Source of the DNA: Propionibacteriaceae bacterium
GTDB taxonomy: Bacteria > Actinomycetota > Actinomycetes > Propionibacteriales > Propionibacteriaceae
Reading direction: 5' to 3'
Length of the DNA stretch: 32,000 bases
Assembly: GCA_031256725.1 (NCBI GenBank)
Contig: JAIRQE010000019.1
Span: 90,001-122,000, forward strand
The notes beneath the pieces are model-generated. The model was not told the origin of the DNA. It did not search any database and was given only the letters and a program-made list of their open reading frames with translations. Each line of letters begins with the position of its first letter. The first letter of the stretch is position 1. Made by a program: the position numbers and the translations under genes. Positions 24,221-32,000 of the stretch are shown here, piece after piece.

Positions 24221-25549
24221 ATGACCCACAACGGAGATATCATTACAGGTGGTGTTGTTGGGGTACCTGAACTCGACTTTCCTGCGCCTGATGAGGGTAT
24301 CGATGTGAGTGAACCTCCGGTCGATCTGGTTCTTTCGATTGATGAGGAACCTGTTGATCTGATCCCCTCACTTGACGAGGGTCCTAGTGATAATCCTGTG
24401 GATCTGATTCCTGACGATGATCCGATTCCTGACGATGATTTGATTCCTGATGAGGATCTGGTTGCTGATGAGGATCTGGTTGCTGAGGTACCCACCCCAG
24501 ATGAGGTACCCCAGAATACTGAGGTCGAAGTCTTGGAAGATGACGACGCGGATGCTGACGTACCCTCTCCCCGGCAAGCTCAAAGGGCGGCTACACGAGC
24601 CATAAAGGAAGCCTTGATCGCACAGGCTGAACTGGTGGCGATGATCTCCCCCGCCAAAACTGCCCCCACCGAGATGAAGCAACTCCTTGAGCAATGGAAG
24701 CAGGCCGGACGTAGCACCAAATCTGAGGACAATGCCCTGTGGGAGAGATTCAACCGCGCCCAGGATCAGTTGTTCACCCGATTGGATCTTCTGCGCCAGC
24801 AACGCCAGGCTGACGCCACTGAGGCGAGACGACTCAAAGAATCACTCATCACGACAGCCGAAGATGTTTCCACTCGAGCCGATATCCGCCAGGCTGTTGA
24901 AACCATGGCCTCCCTCATGGCCCAGTGGAAACAGATCGGACAGACCACCGATGACAAGAGTCTGTGGCTACGCTTCAAGGCAGCCCGAGACCACCTCTAT
25001 GCTCGCCGTGGCGAGGAACGTACCAAGTCCAGGTCTGTACAACAGGATTCCTCTCACACCAAGAAGGCTCTCATTGAAGAGGTACGCGCACTCATTGGTT
25101 TCCCTGATCTTCACCACGCCCATGCAGAGGTACGCCGAATCCACATCGCTTTCCGCGAGGCGGGATACGCTGGACATGATCAGAACAAGAAACTGAGTGA
25201 CCAGTTCCGCCAAGTCACCCAAGAGTTCTACACCTGGGCCCGCAAGGAACCCACACGTCGCAAGGATGCTGGTCAACAGGGCACCTATGGACGCCGGGCG
25301 CGCCTCACTCAGCAGATCGAACAGGTGAAATCAGAGATTGCCCGCAGTGAAGCCCAACTCAAACTCACCGACCCTGCTGGTGCCAAGAAATCCCACGGAT
25401 CAACCATCACTGTGACCCTAGGTCAAGCCGGAGCCTACTCCTCCACCGCCGCTGAAGTCATGAGGCTAAAGATCCGCCTTGGCGATCTAGAAACCCAGGT
25501 ACACGCTCTGGATGAAAAACTGGCATGCACCTCACCTGAATCAGGGTAA
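24221..25549 (+). CDS. DUF349 domain protein with acidic repetitive N-terminus
   Basis: Contains repeated DUF349-like helical units (ALWERFNRAQDQLFTRL, SLWLRFKAARDHLYARR, KLSDQFRQVTQEFYTWAR). I use the ATG at 24221, preceded by GGGAGG, rather than 24122. Confidence 0.85.
   Translation: MTHNGDIITGGVVGVPELDFPAPDEGIDVSEPPVDLVLSIDEEPVDLIPSLDEGPSDNPVDLIPDDDPIPDDDLIPDEDLVADEDLVAEVPTPDEVPQNTEVEVLEDDDADADVPSPRQAQRAATRAIKEALIAQAELVAMISPAKTAPTEMKQLLEQWKQAGRSTKSEDNALWERFNRAQDQLFTRLDLLRQQRQADATEARRLKESLITTAEDVSTRADIRQAVETMASLMAQWKQIGQTTDDKSLWLRFKAARDHLYARRGEERTKSRSVQQDSSHTKKALIEEVRALIGFPDLHHAHAEVRRIHIAFREAGYAGHDQNKKLSDQFRQVTQEFYTWARKEPTRRKDAGQQGTYGRRARLTQQIEQVKSEIARSEAQLKLTDPAGAKKSHGSTITVTLGQAGAYSSTAAEVMRLKIRLGDLETQVHALDEKLACTSPESG
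24404..24487 (+). repeat. in-frame 18-bp (6-aa) tandem repeat, about 4.6 units
   Basis: ctgattcctgacgatgat / ccgattcctgacgatgat / ttgattcctgatgaggat / ctggttgctgatgaggat / ctggttgctgag encodes LIPDDD-PIPDDD-LIPDED-LVADED-LVAE. Confidence 0.85.
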
Positions 25550-25564
25550 CCAACTCATGGCCAG

Positions 25565-25598
25565 TCTTCATTTTTGACATAGCCTTCGGGAATGAAGA
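25565..25598. terminator. inverted repeat between convergent DUF349 and ClbS-like genes (candidate bidirectional terminator)
   Basis: TCTTCATT (25565-25572) and AATGAAGA (25591-25598) form an 8-bp stem with an 18-nt loop containing CC-TTCG-GG. The stem is AT-rich, so support is weak. Confidence 0.25.
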
Positions 25599-25600
25599 AA

Positions 25601-26119
25601 TCATCCAAGGGTGGTTTTCCAGGTTTTCAGAGCTTTTTTCAGCTTGGTCATTGCCCAGTCGTAGTGGCTTGACGTGGCTGAGACGAGGTAAGCCCCCAGA
25701 GAGGTTGTACCCGTCCATTTGTAGTACTTCTTTGTGAAGAGTTCCTCATTGGTATGCGACCCAATAATATTCATCATCTCGTCGAAGGTTGAAGCCAATT
25801 CGGACTGCGCCTGATCTAGAGGCACATCCTGGGTCCTTTCCCAGATGACCTGATTAAGGACAGCAGTCGTCTGCCAGGTGTACCCCTCTTCAGGCATCTT
25901 GGGTTGAATCCCAGCCATCCCCTCGTCGTACCACCTCTTCATCATCCGATGCCATTGAGTCAGGTGAGCCAGGACATCACGTACATTATGATCCCTATCC
26001 TCAAAATCAAAGTCTGCTATGCGTTGCTCGGGTGTCAGAGCCTCAATAAAGGAGACCAGCTTCTCGTATCCACCTTGAGCTGCTGCGGTGAGTTCTTCTT
26101 TGTTTGTTGGTCTGGGCAT
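25601..26119 (-). CDS. ClbS/DfsB family four-helix-bundle protein (DUF1706; colibactin self-protection-like)
   Basis: 172 aa from the ATG at 26119, with AGGAGG SD 6 nt upstream. It is collinear with E. coli ClbS as I recall it: PTNKEEL vs PSSKEEL, MPEEGYTWQ vs FPEEGFKWN, TNEELFTKKYYKWTG vs SNDELYGKPWYNKWTRG. The ORF-track start at 26194 is rejected. Confidence 0.75.
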   Translation of the reverse strand: MPRPTNKEELTAAAQGGYEKLVSFIEALTPEQRIADFDFEDRDHNVRDVLAHLTQWHRMMKRWYDEGMAGIQPKMPEEGYTWQTTAVLNQVIWERTQDVPLDQAQSELASTFDEMMNIIGSHTNEELFTKKYYKWTGTTSLGAYLVSATSSHYDWAMTKLKKALKTWKTTLG

Positions 26120-26199
26120 AGGTACCTCCTGAAAAGATGGGCCGTATTTTCGATAACACTCTGCCATAGTTATGGCTGAGAAACCAGTGAGCAATCTTC

Positions 26200-26889
26200 C
26201 TAGAGGTACTTGCTGGCTTCTCTGATACTGAGAGAGGCCATCTTTTCACGGTGCTCATTGATGAAGGTCCGCACCCAATCGGGGTTTGTTTTACTATACT
26301 CGCGAAGGCTCCAGCCAATGGCCTTGTTGATGAAGAACTCGGTTTGCCCAAGGTTGGCTATGATGATCGTGGCGAGAAGCTCCGCATCAGTATCGGCTTT
26401 GCGATCAAGTTGATGATCAATGGCAGTACGTCTCAGCCAAATGTTGTCGTCCCTGCTCCATATCAACAGAATCTCGTTCATTTCCTTGTGTCGCAGCGCA
26501 ATAGCACCAACAAGCAGATCCAAGGCATCAACAGTATCCCACCATGATTTCGTGACGATGAGTTGTTGGATCTTGGGAAGATCACTAGGGACAATAACCT
26601 GTTTGAACTTCATGAGATAGGAGATCGCGAGGTACTGAAACTCCCGTTGCGGCTTCTCCCAACACAGGTCGACGAAATCCCAGTCGATCCCCTCAGATCC
26701 TCGGATGCGTGCACTCCTACCCGCCTGATTCAAGAACTCACGACTGAGCAAAGCACGTTGAGGCTTCGGTATTCCCAGAAACTCGAACTGGTCCCGCATG
26801 TATGCCTTCATCGGCTGAGCCTTGACGGGATCAGCCGCCGCAGAGAAACGTTCAAGAATCTCGTACGTACCTATCTCCCTAACCGTCAT
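26200..26889 (-). CDS. DNA alkylation repair protein (AlkD/AlkC-like HEAT-like-repeat glycosylase family)
   Basis: 229 aa with typical family pattern: KAQPMKAYMRDQFEFLGI, SWWDTVDAL, NIWLRRTAI, NKAIGWSLREYSK. Confidence 0.8.
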   Translation of the reverse strand: MTVREIGTYEILERFSAAADPVKAQPMKAYMRDQFEFLGIPKPQRALLSREFLNQAGRSARIRGSEGIDWDFVDLCWEKPQREFQYLAISYLMKFKQVIVPSDLPKIQQLIVTKSWWDTVDALDLLVGAIALRHKEMNEILLIWSRDDNIWLRRTAIDHQLDRKADTDAELLATIIIANLGQTEFFINKAIGWSLREYSKTNPDWVRTFINEHREKMASLSIREASKYL

Positions 26890-26904
26890 CCTGCCACCCC
26901 TGTC

Positions 26905-26926
26905 ATACTGCGCGCAGTCGCAGTAT
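26905..26926. repeat. palindromic hairpin ATACTGCG-cgcagt-CGCAGTAT (contains the 10-bp palindrome CTGCGCGCAG)
   Basis: Read directly. It lies in the malQ 3' / alkD-like 5' spacer. The same CTGCGCGCAG decamer occurs at 7233-7242. Confidence 0.7.
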
Positions 26927-26952
26927 CCACAATAGCGAGTTTGTACGGCTGG

Positions 26953-26975
26953 ATTCTGCGACTAACGCGCAGAAT
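26953..26975 (-). terminator. hairpin ATTCTGCG-actaacg-CGCAGAAT, 12 nt downstream of malQ stop (candidate terminator, no U-tract)
   Basis: An 8-bp perfect stem and a 7-nt loop, positioned immediately 3' of malQ on the minus strand. Confidence 0.35.
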
Positions 26976-26986
26976 GACGGAAGTAC

Positions 26987-29110
26987 CTACCTTTGTCGAC
27001 CATTCATGATGTCGGTGAGTCGGGTCGTACTGCCCATCTCGAAGATCTCTTCCAGGGTGAGTCTTCTTCCTGAACTGTCCGCCAGTGGTACACGCCAGTT
27101 GGGGTACTCATCAATTGTTCCAGGCTGGTTCTGGCTCCTCTTCTCACCGACGAGGTCGGTTAATGCGACACATCTGAGGCGTGAAGGGGTCTGGTAGAGG
27201 AATCTGTACAACCCCTCCATGATTGTGGTGTGGTCGTCCTCGTCCTCAGTGATGTACCCGTGGGCCTTCAATGATCTTAGGACACTGGCTTGCTCAATTG
27301 CATCACGAGCAACCTCATCCTCCAAGGATTCGGTCAACAAGCCCAGACTGTACCTCAGCTCAACATGCTCATGGTCAAGATATCCCAGTGTTGGCGGCAG
27401 ATCATGGGTGGTCACTGAGGCCAAACATAGGGGTCTCCAGTACTGGGGATTGAGGGGATGCCCCTCAGAACTATTTTCGAACCAGATCACCGAGGTACCT
27501 AAGATCCCCCGACCAGCGAGGTACTCAACCACCCACGGTTCCACTGTGCCCAGATCTTCACCAATGATGAGCACTTCAGACCGATGGGCTTCAAGAACCA
27601 GTATCCCCATCATCGCCTCATGGTCATAACGAAGATAGGCGCCCTCGCTTGCTGACATTCCTTCCGGAATCCACCACAACCTGAACTGCCCAAGGATATG
27701 ATCAATGCGCACAGCACCCGAATGGGCGAAGATTGCGGACACCATCGTTCTCAAAGGTTCATAGGCCGTCGCAGCCAATCGATCTGGTCTCCATGGCGGC
27801 TGTTGCCAATCCTGACCGGCCTGGTTATAGGCATCCGGTGGAGCACCCACCGTGACCCCCTTGGCGAAGAGGTCGTGACGCGCCCAGGTTTCTTGACCCT
27901 CCCTGGATACTCCCACAGCAAGATCCGACATGACCCCTAGTCGCATTCCAGCATTCTTAGCCGAACTGTGAGCATATTTTGCTTGAAGGTCTGCAATCCA
28001 TTGAAGCCACATATAGAAGGTCACAGATTCCTCGTGATCTTTAGCGTAGTTCCTGACTGCTTCAGAAGAAGGATCCTGGTATTCCTGGGACCATTGCGTC
28101 CAGTCTTGACCCATCTCTTCTGTGAGTACACACCAGGTTGCGTACTGTTTAAGAACCTCACCCTCAGCTTTAATAAAGGCCTCAAACTCAATCTTGCGGC
28201 CAATACGTAACCCCTCCGAGAAGATTGCTTGAAGGGCTGGTTTCTTCTCGCACCAAACCAGATCACGGTCAATCTGTGTACCCGCCATAGCTGTTGTATA
28301 GGCCACGTGGCGATGTTGGTGTACAGCCTCGCGAGTCTCCTGTGAACCGGTGGCGTACTCCTGAATTCTTTCTGGGCGAATATAGATCGGGTTAATGTAC
28401 CGCCTTGTTGAGGGATAGTAGGGGGAAGCATTGAGGGGCTCGGTCACCTCGGCGGCATGGGTGGGGTTAATGAGAATGAAGTCGGCGTTGTGCTGAAACT
28501 TTGCCCAGACGGCGATCTCAGCAAGATCAACAAAGTCCCCCACACCCCAGGAGGATTCACCACACACTGAATAGAGTTGCACCATCAGACCCCACATCGG
28601 ATGATGGGCTACCTCGTTGACCCCGACCTGTTGAGGGGTCACAATCAGGACCGATTCCCAGGAGTTCTCATCACTTTCGAGGAAGATCGAATGGTAGCCG
28701 GGCTCAACCCAGCTTGGAAGCCTAAATGTTGCCCGACCGATCCAACGATCATTGATGACCCGGTCAGCTTCCCAGTTGTCGACCTGATCGAGGGCGAAGG
28801 TTGTACCCTCCTCTAGGCGTACCCAAACGTGTGCGGGGCGTCCTGCACAGACATGGACGTCAACATACTTTTCTTGGTTGTGTTGTACGACGATGCATTC
28901 CGGGATGGGTTTAAGCCAGACTCTCTCATCGGCTTCAATGAAAGCCTTGGTCAGCCAGTCCTCCTGCTGAGTGTCCACGCCGAGGGCTCGAAGGCATGCC
29001 ATGAGAGTCTCGTTGCTGGGCTGGCGATAATGACCCTTCCAATCCCAAAACTCTGTGTCGATACCGTATGCGTGAGCAAGACTGGCAAGCCGCGAATCGA
29101 TCCCCGACAT
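26987..29110 (-). CDS. malQ: 4-alpha-glucanotransferase (amylomaltase, GH77)
   Basis: 707 aa with GH77 catalytic-region motifs VRIDHILGQFRLWWIP, IGEDLGTV and TTHDLP, plus the long N-terminal domain typical of actinobacterial MalQ. Confidence 0.93.
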   Translation of the reverse strand: MSGIDSRLASLAHAYGIDTEFWDWKGHYRQPSNETLMACLRALGVDTQQEDWLTKAFIEADERVWLKPIPECIVVQHNQEKYVDVHVCAGRPAHVWVRLEEGTTFALDQVDNWEADRVINDRWIGRATFRLPSWVEPGYHSIFLESDENSWESVLIVTPQQVGVNEVAHHPMWGLMVQLYSVCGESSWGVGDFVDLAEIAVWAKFQHNADFILINPTHAAEVTEPLNASPYYPSTRRYINPIYIRPERIQEYATGSQETREAVHQHRHVAYTTAMAGTQIDRDLVWCEKKPALQAIFSEGLRIGRKIEFEAFIKAEGEVLKQYATWCVLTEEMGQDWTQWSQEYQDPSSEAVRNYAKDHEESVTFYMWLQWIADLQAKYAHSSAKNAGMRLGVMSDLAVGVSREGQETWARHDLFAKGVTVGAPPDAYNQAGQDWQQPPWRPDRLAATAYEPLRTMVSAIFAHSGAVRIDHILGQFRLWWIPEGMSASEGAYLRYDHEAMMGILVLEAHRSEVLIIGEDLGTVEPWVVEYLAGRGILGTSVIWFENSSEGHPLNPQYWRPLCLASVTTHDLPPTLGYLDHEHVELRYSLGLLTESLEDEVARDAIEQASVLRSLKAHGYITEDEDDHTTIMEGLYRFLYQTPSRLRCVALTDLVGEKRSQNQPGTIDEYPNWRVPLADSSGRRLTLEEIFEMGSTTRLTDIMNGRQR

Positions 29111-29130
29111 GAATCCCTCCTTTTATCTAG

Positions 29131-29970
29131 TTATGTTGTGTCCTTGACCCGAGTTTTCACCAAGAGGGTGGACGCGAACAGATCCGTCACTGATTGTTTG
29201 CGCTTATGCCAGATGGGCATGAGGACGTTGACTAATTGTACGAGAAGAAACCACGAGCTACCTGTCGAAAACAGTGCCCACCCCAGGCCCTTTGATATTG
29301 CCCGAAGCCACCCGGGTTTCTCCATCGTGAACTCCGGAAAATTCAATGCCTTCATCATTGCCGGACTTAGAGGCGCTTTGATGACTTTGACGCCCATGAC
29401 CTTGTGCCCAAGAGTCGCGCCTGACCCACCAAGCATGAGGATGCAGTACAAGGCCGTGACCCCGCTTAGAACGAGCATGAGGGTTGTGGTCGCACTCATG
29501 AGCGCCGGAGGTGGATTAAGTACCTGACCCAGCTGAAGCTTGGCCATGAACTCTTCACCATAGGCGGTGTACTGGGCCTGCCAGCGGTTCACGAAGTTGG
29601 GTGACCCGACGGAAATCACTAGTGCGGTGAGTACCCAAGCGATGATCGTGTCGATGACCCCCGAGGCGAAACGGCGCCACCATCCGGCAAGAGGCATGTC
29701 TAGGGCTGGGTCACGATGGACATCCCTGGATTGGAGGGAGGCATTCACCCGTGGCTGGGCCCGCTTGGGTTGGATGGTCGGTTTCTTAGTTTCGATCAGT
29801 GGAGGAGATGGGGTTGCTGCTACACGAACAACCTGGGTCCACGAGGTACCATCCCAGTAGCGTTCTAAGGCTGGATTCGCTGGGTCTGGGTACCACTGGG
29901 GAGCAGGGGTTGAAGAACCGTGTAGATCACTCACCCCACTATTGTGCCAGAGTGCTTCCACCATCGACAT
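29131..29970 (-). CDS. DUF2510 plus RDD family membrane protein
   Basis: Contains the WYPDPANPALERYWDGTSWTQ (DUF2510) motif followed by an RDD-type domain (AGWWRRFASGVIDTIIAWVL, TM helices). I use the start at ATG 29970 (or 29964). The longer ORF-track start at 30267 would overlap proB antisense and is rejected. Confidence 0.8.
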   Translation of the reverse strand: MSMVEALWHNSGVSDLHGSSTPAPQWYPDPANPALERYWDGTSWTQVVRVAATPSPPLIETKKPTIQPKRAQPRVNASLQSRDVHRDPALDMPLAGWWRRFASGVIDTIIAWVLTALVISVGSPNFVNRWQAQYTAYGEEFMAKLQLGQVLNPPPALMSATTTLMLVLSGVTALYCILMLGGSGATLGHKVMGVKVIKAPLSPAMMKALNFPEFTMEKPGWLRAISKGLGWALFSTGSSWFLLVQLVNVLMPIWHKRKQSVTDLFASTLLVKTRVKDTT

Positions 29971-30022
29971 AGTCGTTGTACCAAGTTGGGTAGACTTTTG
30001 TTCTACATAAGCAATCCATGAG

Positions 30023-31183
30023 GTGAGTATGACAACCAGCGAGCAGATCTCCACATCAGAGAGTGCCATTAGGGCCCATCTTTCCTCGGCGCGCAGGATC
30101 GTTGTAAAAGTGGGGTCCTCATCACTGGCCTCCACCGAAGCCGGGTTAGATATGGAACGCCTGAGCTCCCTTGTCGATGTTCTCGCCGCTAGACAATTGG
30201 CTGGTTCCGAGGTGGTGCTTGTCAGCTCTGGGGCTATCGCCGCCGGATTGGAACCACTCGGATTCACTCACCGTCCTGTCGATGTTGCACAACAGCAGGC
30301 CGCTGCTGCGGTGGGTCAGGGTCAACTCATGTCGGCCTATACCCAGGCTTTCGCTGCCCATGGGCTGCACACGGCACAGGTCCTTCTCACCAAGAATGAT
30401 TTGGCCCGCAAGTCGAGTTTCAATAATGCCCTTCGTACCTTTGGCGCTCTCACACGTTTGGGGGTCGTACCCGTTGTCAACGAGAACGACACAGTTGCGA
30501 CCAGGGAAATCCGCTTAGGCGACAATGACCACCTGGCTGCCCTCGTTGCAGAATTGGTACACGCTGATGGCTTGGTTCTTCTCTCCGATGTGGATGGACT
30601 CTATACCGCCCATCCCAAAGACCCTGAGGCTAAACGGATCACCTTTGTTAAAGATGTTCTCGAATTGGAGGTTGATGTTCTCACCCCTGGTACCTCCGGG
30701 GTTGGCTCTGGTGGGATGGCAACCAAGGTTGAGGCTGCTCGTTTGGCTGCTGGAGCAGGAATCCCCGTCGCCCTCGCCCGTTGGGATCAGGCTGGGGCCG
30801 TACTCGCAGGTGAACAGGTGGGTACAGTGTTCGCTGCCTCATCGAAGCGGATGTCCCGACGCCATGGATGGCTTGCTCACGCCTCCGACACCCAAGGCCA
30901 GATCTATGTTGATCCGGGTGCCGCCAAGGCTCTGATTGATACTGCCGCCTCCCTCTTGGCCATAGGTGTACGCCGAGTCGAAGGCCGATTCCATGCTGGC
31001 GACTCTGTCGAAATCATTGGCCCCAATGGCCTGATTGCTCGTGGAGTCGTCGCCTATGATTCGACTGATCTGCCGAAGTTGGTGGGCCGTACCTCGTCGG
31101 AACTCACCACCTCCATGGGGGGACAGTACGCAAGACCTATTGTCCATCGTGACGACCTTGTGATGAGTCGTACTGTAGTCTGA
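30023..31183 (+). CDS. proB: glutamate 5-kinase
   Basis: 386 aa with [22 protein letters not shown] and NENDTVA motifs and a C-terminal PUA-like domain. The start is GTG 30023 or ATG 30029. Confidence 0.93.
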   Translation: MSMTTSEQISTSESAIRAHLSSARRIVVKVGSSSLASTEAGLDMERLSSLVDVLAARQLAGSEVVLVSSGAIAAGLEPLGFTHRPVDVAQQQAAAAVGQGQLMSAYTQAFAAHGLHTAQVLLTKNDLARKSSFNNALRTFGALTRLGVVPVVNENDTVATREIRLGDNDHLAALVAELVHADGLVLLSDVDGLYTAHPKDPEAKRITFVKDVLELEVDVLTPGTSGVGSGGMATKVEAARLAAGAGIPVALARWDQAGAVLAGEQVGTVFAASSKRMSRRHGWLAHASDTQGQIYVDPGAAKALIDTAASLLAIGVRRVEGRFHAGDSVEIIGPNGLIARGVVAYDSTDLPKLVGRTSSELTTSMGGQYARPIVHRDDLVMSRTVV

Positions 31184-31187
31184 ATCT

Positions 31188-32000
31188 ATGACGACACCCG
31201 ATTTTCATGATCAAGCATTGGGTGCGCGTGCAGCTGCCATCAGTGTGGCTACTGCCACTCGCGCCACCAAGGATGCCGCCCTTCATGCTATGGCTGATGC
31301 ACTCCTAGCCAATGAATTATCCATCCTCGTGGCCAATCAGGAGGATGTCGAAAGGGCTCGCGCCGCTGGTACCTCTGAAGCAATCATTGATCGTTTGAGC
31401 CTCGACTCTTCCCGCCTTGCGGCGATGGCTGAAGGTTTACGGGATCTGGCCCGCCTGGCTGACCCTGTGGGTGAGGTCACACGCGGCTGGCAGCTTCCCA
31501 ATGGTGTCCACATAGATCAGGTACGTGTCCCCCTCGGTGTCGTGGGGATCATTTATGAGGCTCGACCCAATGTGACCGCCGATGCAGCAGGGATCTGTCT
31601 GAAGTCCGGGAATGCTTGTTTGCTTCGCGGATCATCAAGTGCGGTGAGTTCCAATAGGGCCATTGTTCAGGCTTTGAAGGCTGGTCTCGACAAAGTTGGG
31701 GTCGATGCTCGCGCCGTGAACCTCATTGAGGGTGGTCATGAGATCACCGACGTCATGATGGCAGCCCGTGGGCTGGTCGATGTACTGATTCCTCGCGGGG
31801 GTGCCTCCCTGATTGAGGCCGTGGTACGAGGCTCCCAGGTTCCCGTCCTTGAAACAGGTACAGGCAACTGCCACCTCTATGTTGATTCAAGCGCCGACCA
31901 GGATATGGCATGTTCGATCATGTTGAATGCGAAAGTACAGCGCCCCTCAGTGTGCAACGCCTTGGAGACCCTGGTCGTTAATGCTGACATCGCTGGGGCC
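31188..32000 (+). CDS. proA: gamma-glutamyl phosphate reductase (partial, continues past window end)
   Basis: My own translation from the ATG at 31188, 4 nt after the proB stop: [39 protein letters not shown]...[10 protein letters not shown]...IPRGGASLI...[13 protein letters not shown] (catalytic Cys). The frame is open to position 32000. This ORF is absent from the ORF track because no stop falls in the window. Confidence 0.9.
   Translation, partial: MTTPDFHDQALGARAAAISVATATRATKDAALHAMADALLANELSILVANQEDVERARAAGTSEAIIDRLSLDSSRLAAMAEGLRDLARLADPVGEVTRGWQLPNGVHIDQVRVPLGVVGIIYEARPNVTADAAGICLKSGNACLLRGSSSAVSSNRAIVQALKAGLDKVGVDARAVNLIEGGHEITDVMMAARGLVDVLIPRGGASLIEAVVRGSQVPVLETGTGNCHLYVDSSADQDMACSIMLNAKVQRPSVCNALETLVVNADIAGA

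Noticed and set aside
29971-30267. A 99-codon N-terminal extension of the RDD/DUF2510 ORF (the ORF track gives 378 aa).
   Set aside because: It runs antisense through the well-supported 5' end of proB. The DUF2510 motif begins shortly after the internal ATG at 29970.
1-32000. CRISPR arrays, rRNA genes, IS elements/transposases, prophage genes.
   Set aside because: I found no regularly spaced repeat arrays, rRNA-like conserved blocks, DDE/serine/tyrosine recombinase motifs or phage structural genes in any frame.

Overview
The window looks like a mid-GC actinobacterial chromosome segment, judged from protein signatures and the rplS-lepB-rnhB-DUF2469 / yraN-yifB-dprA gene order. I cannot name a species. 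It holds two tRNA genes at the left edge (Ala-CGC, Thr-UGU) and about 29 protein genes.

Most genes are housekeeping:
- Sugar-phosphate genes: a YeaD-like mutarotase, rpiB and galM.
- pyrC, then dprA, yifB/comM and yraN.
- rnhB, lepB and rplS.
- mntH.
- A sdhCAB-type succinate dehydrogenase/fumarate reductase operon.
- malQ, proB and proA (proA runs off the right edge).

Three regions look accessory and are the most interesting.
1. 15688-19130 is a tight four-gene plus-strand cassette wedged between minus-strand genes. It encodes a small WXG-like helical protein, a 472-aa protein, an EspG-like protein and a 2-TM plus PH-like membrane protein. The 472-aa protein has an LXG/T7SS-signal-like helical N-domain and a glycine-zipper membrane-type C-terminus. 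I read this as an orphan type-VII-secretion-style effector / chaperone / immunity module. No secretion-machine genes are in the window.
2. 25601-26889 is a tandem ClbS/DfsB-like plus AlkD-like (DNA alkylation repair) pair, plausibly a two-layer defence against cyclopropane-type DNA alkylators.
3. 7000-11850 is an ABC module inserted into the otherwise conserved DUF2469/yraN neighbourhood. It has a decayed FtsX permease remnant and a 1130-aa ATPase-permease fusion. The fusion carries a roughly 700-aa methionine-dense, Pro/Thr-linker-containing extracytoplasmic domain.

A small family of shared short sequence modules and palindromes occurs in two 3' intergenic regions (about 7131-7270 and 26905-26975). 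I saw no CRISPR array, transposase, integrase or rRNA. All functional calls rest on motif recognition by eye; no database search was run.
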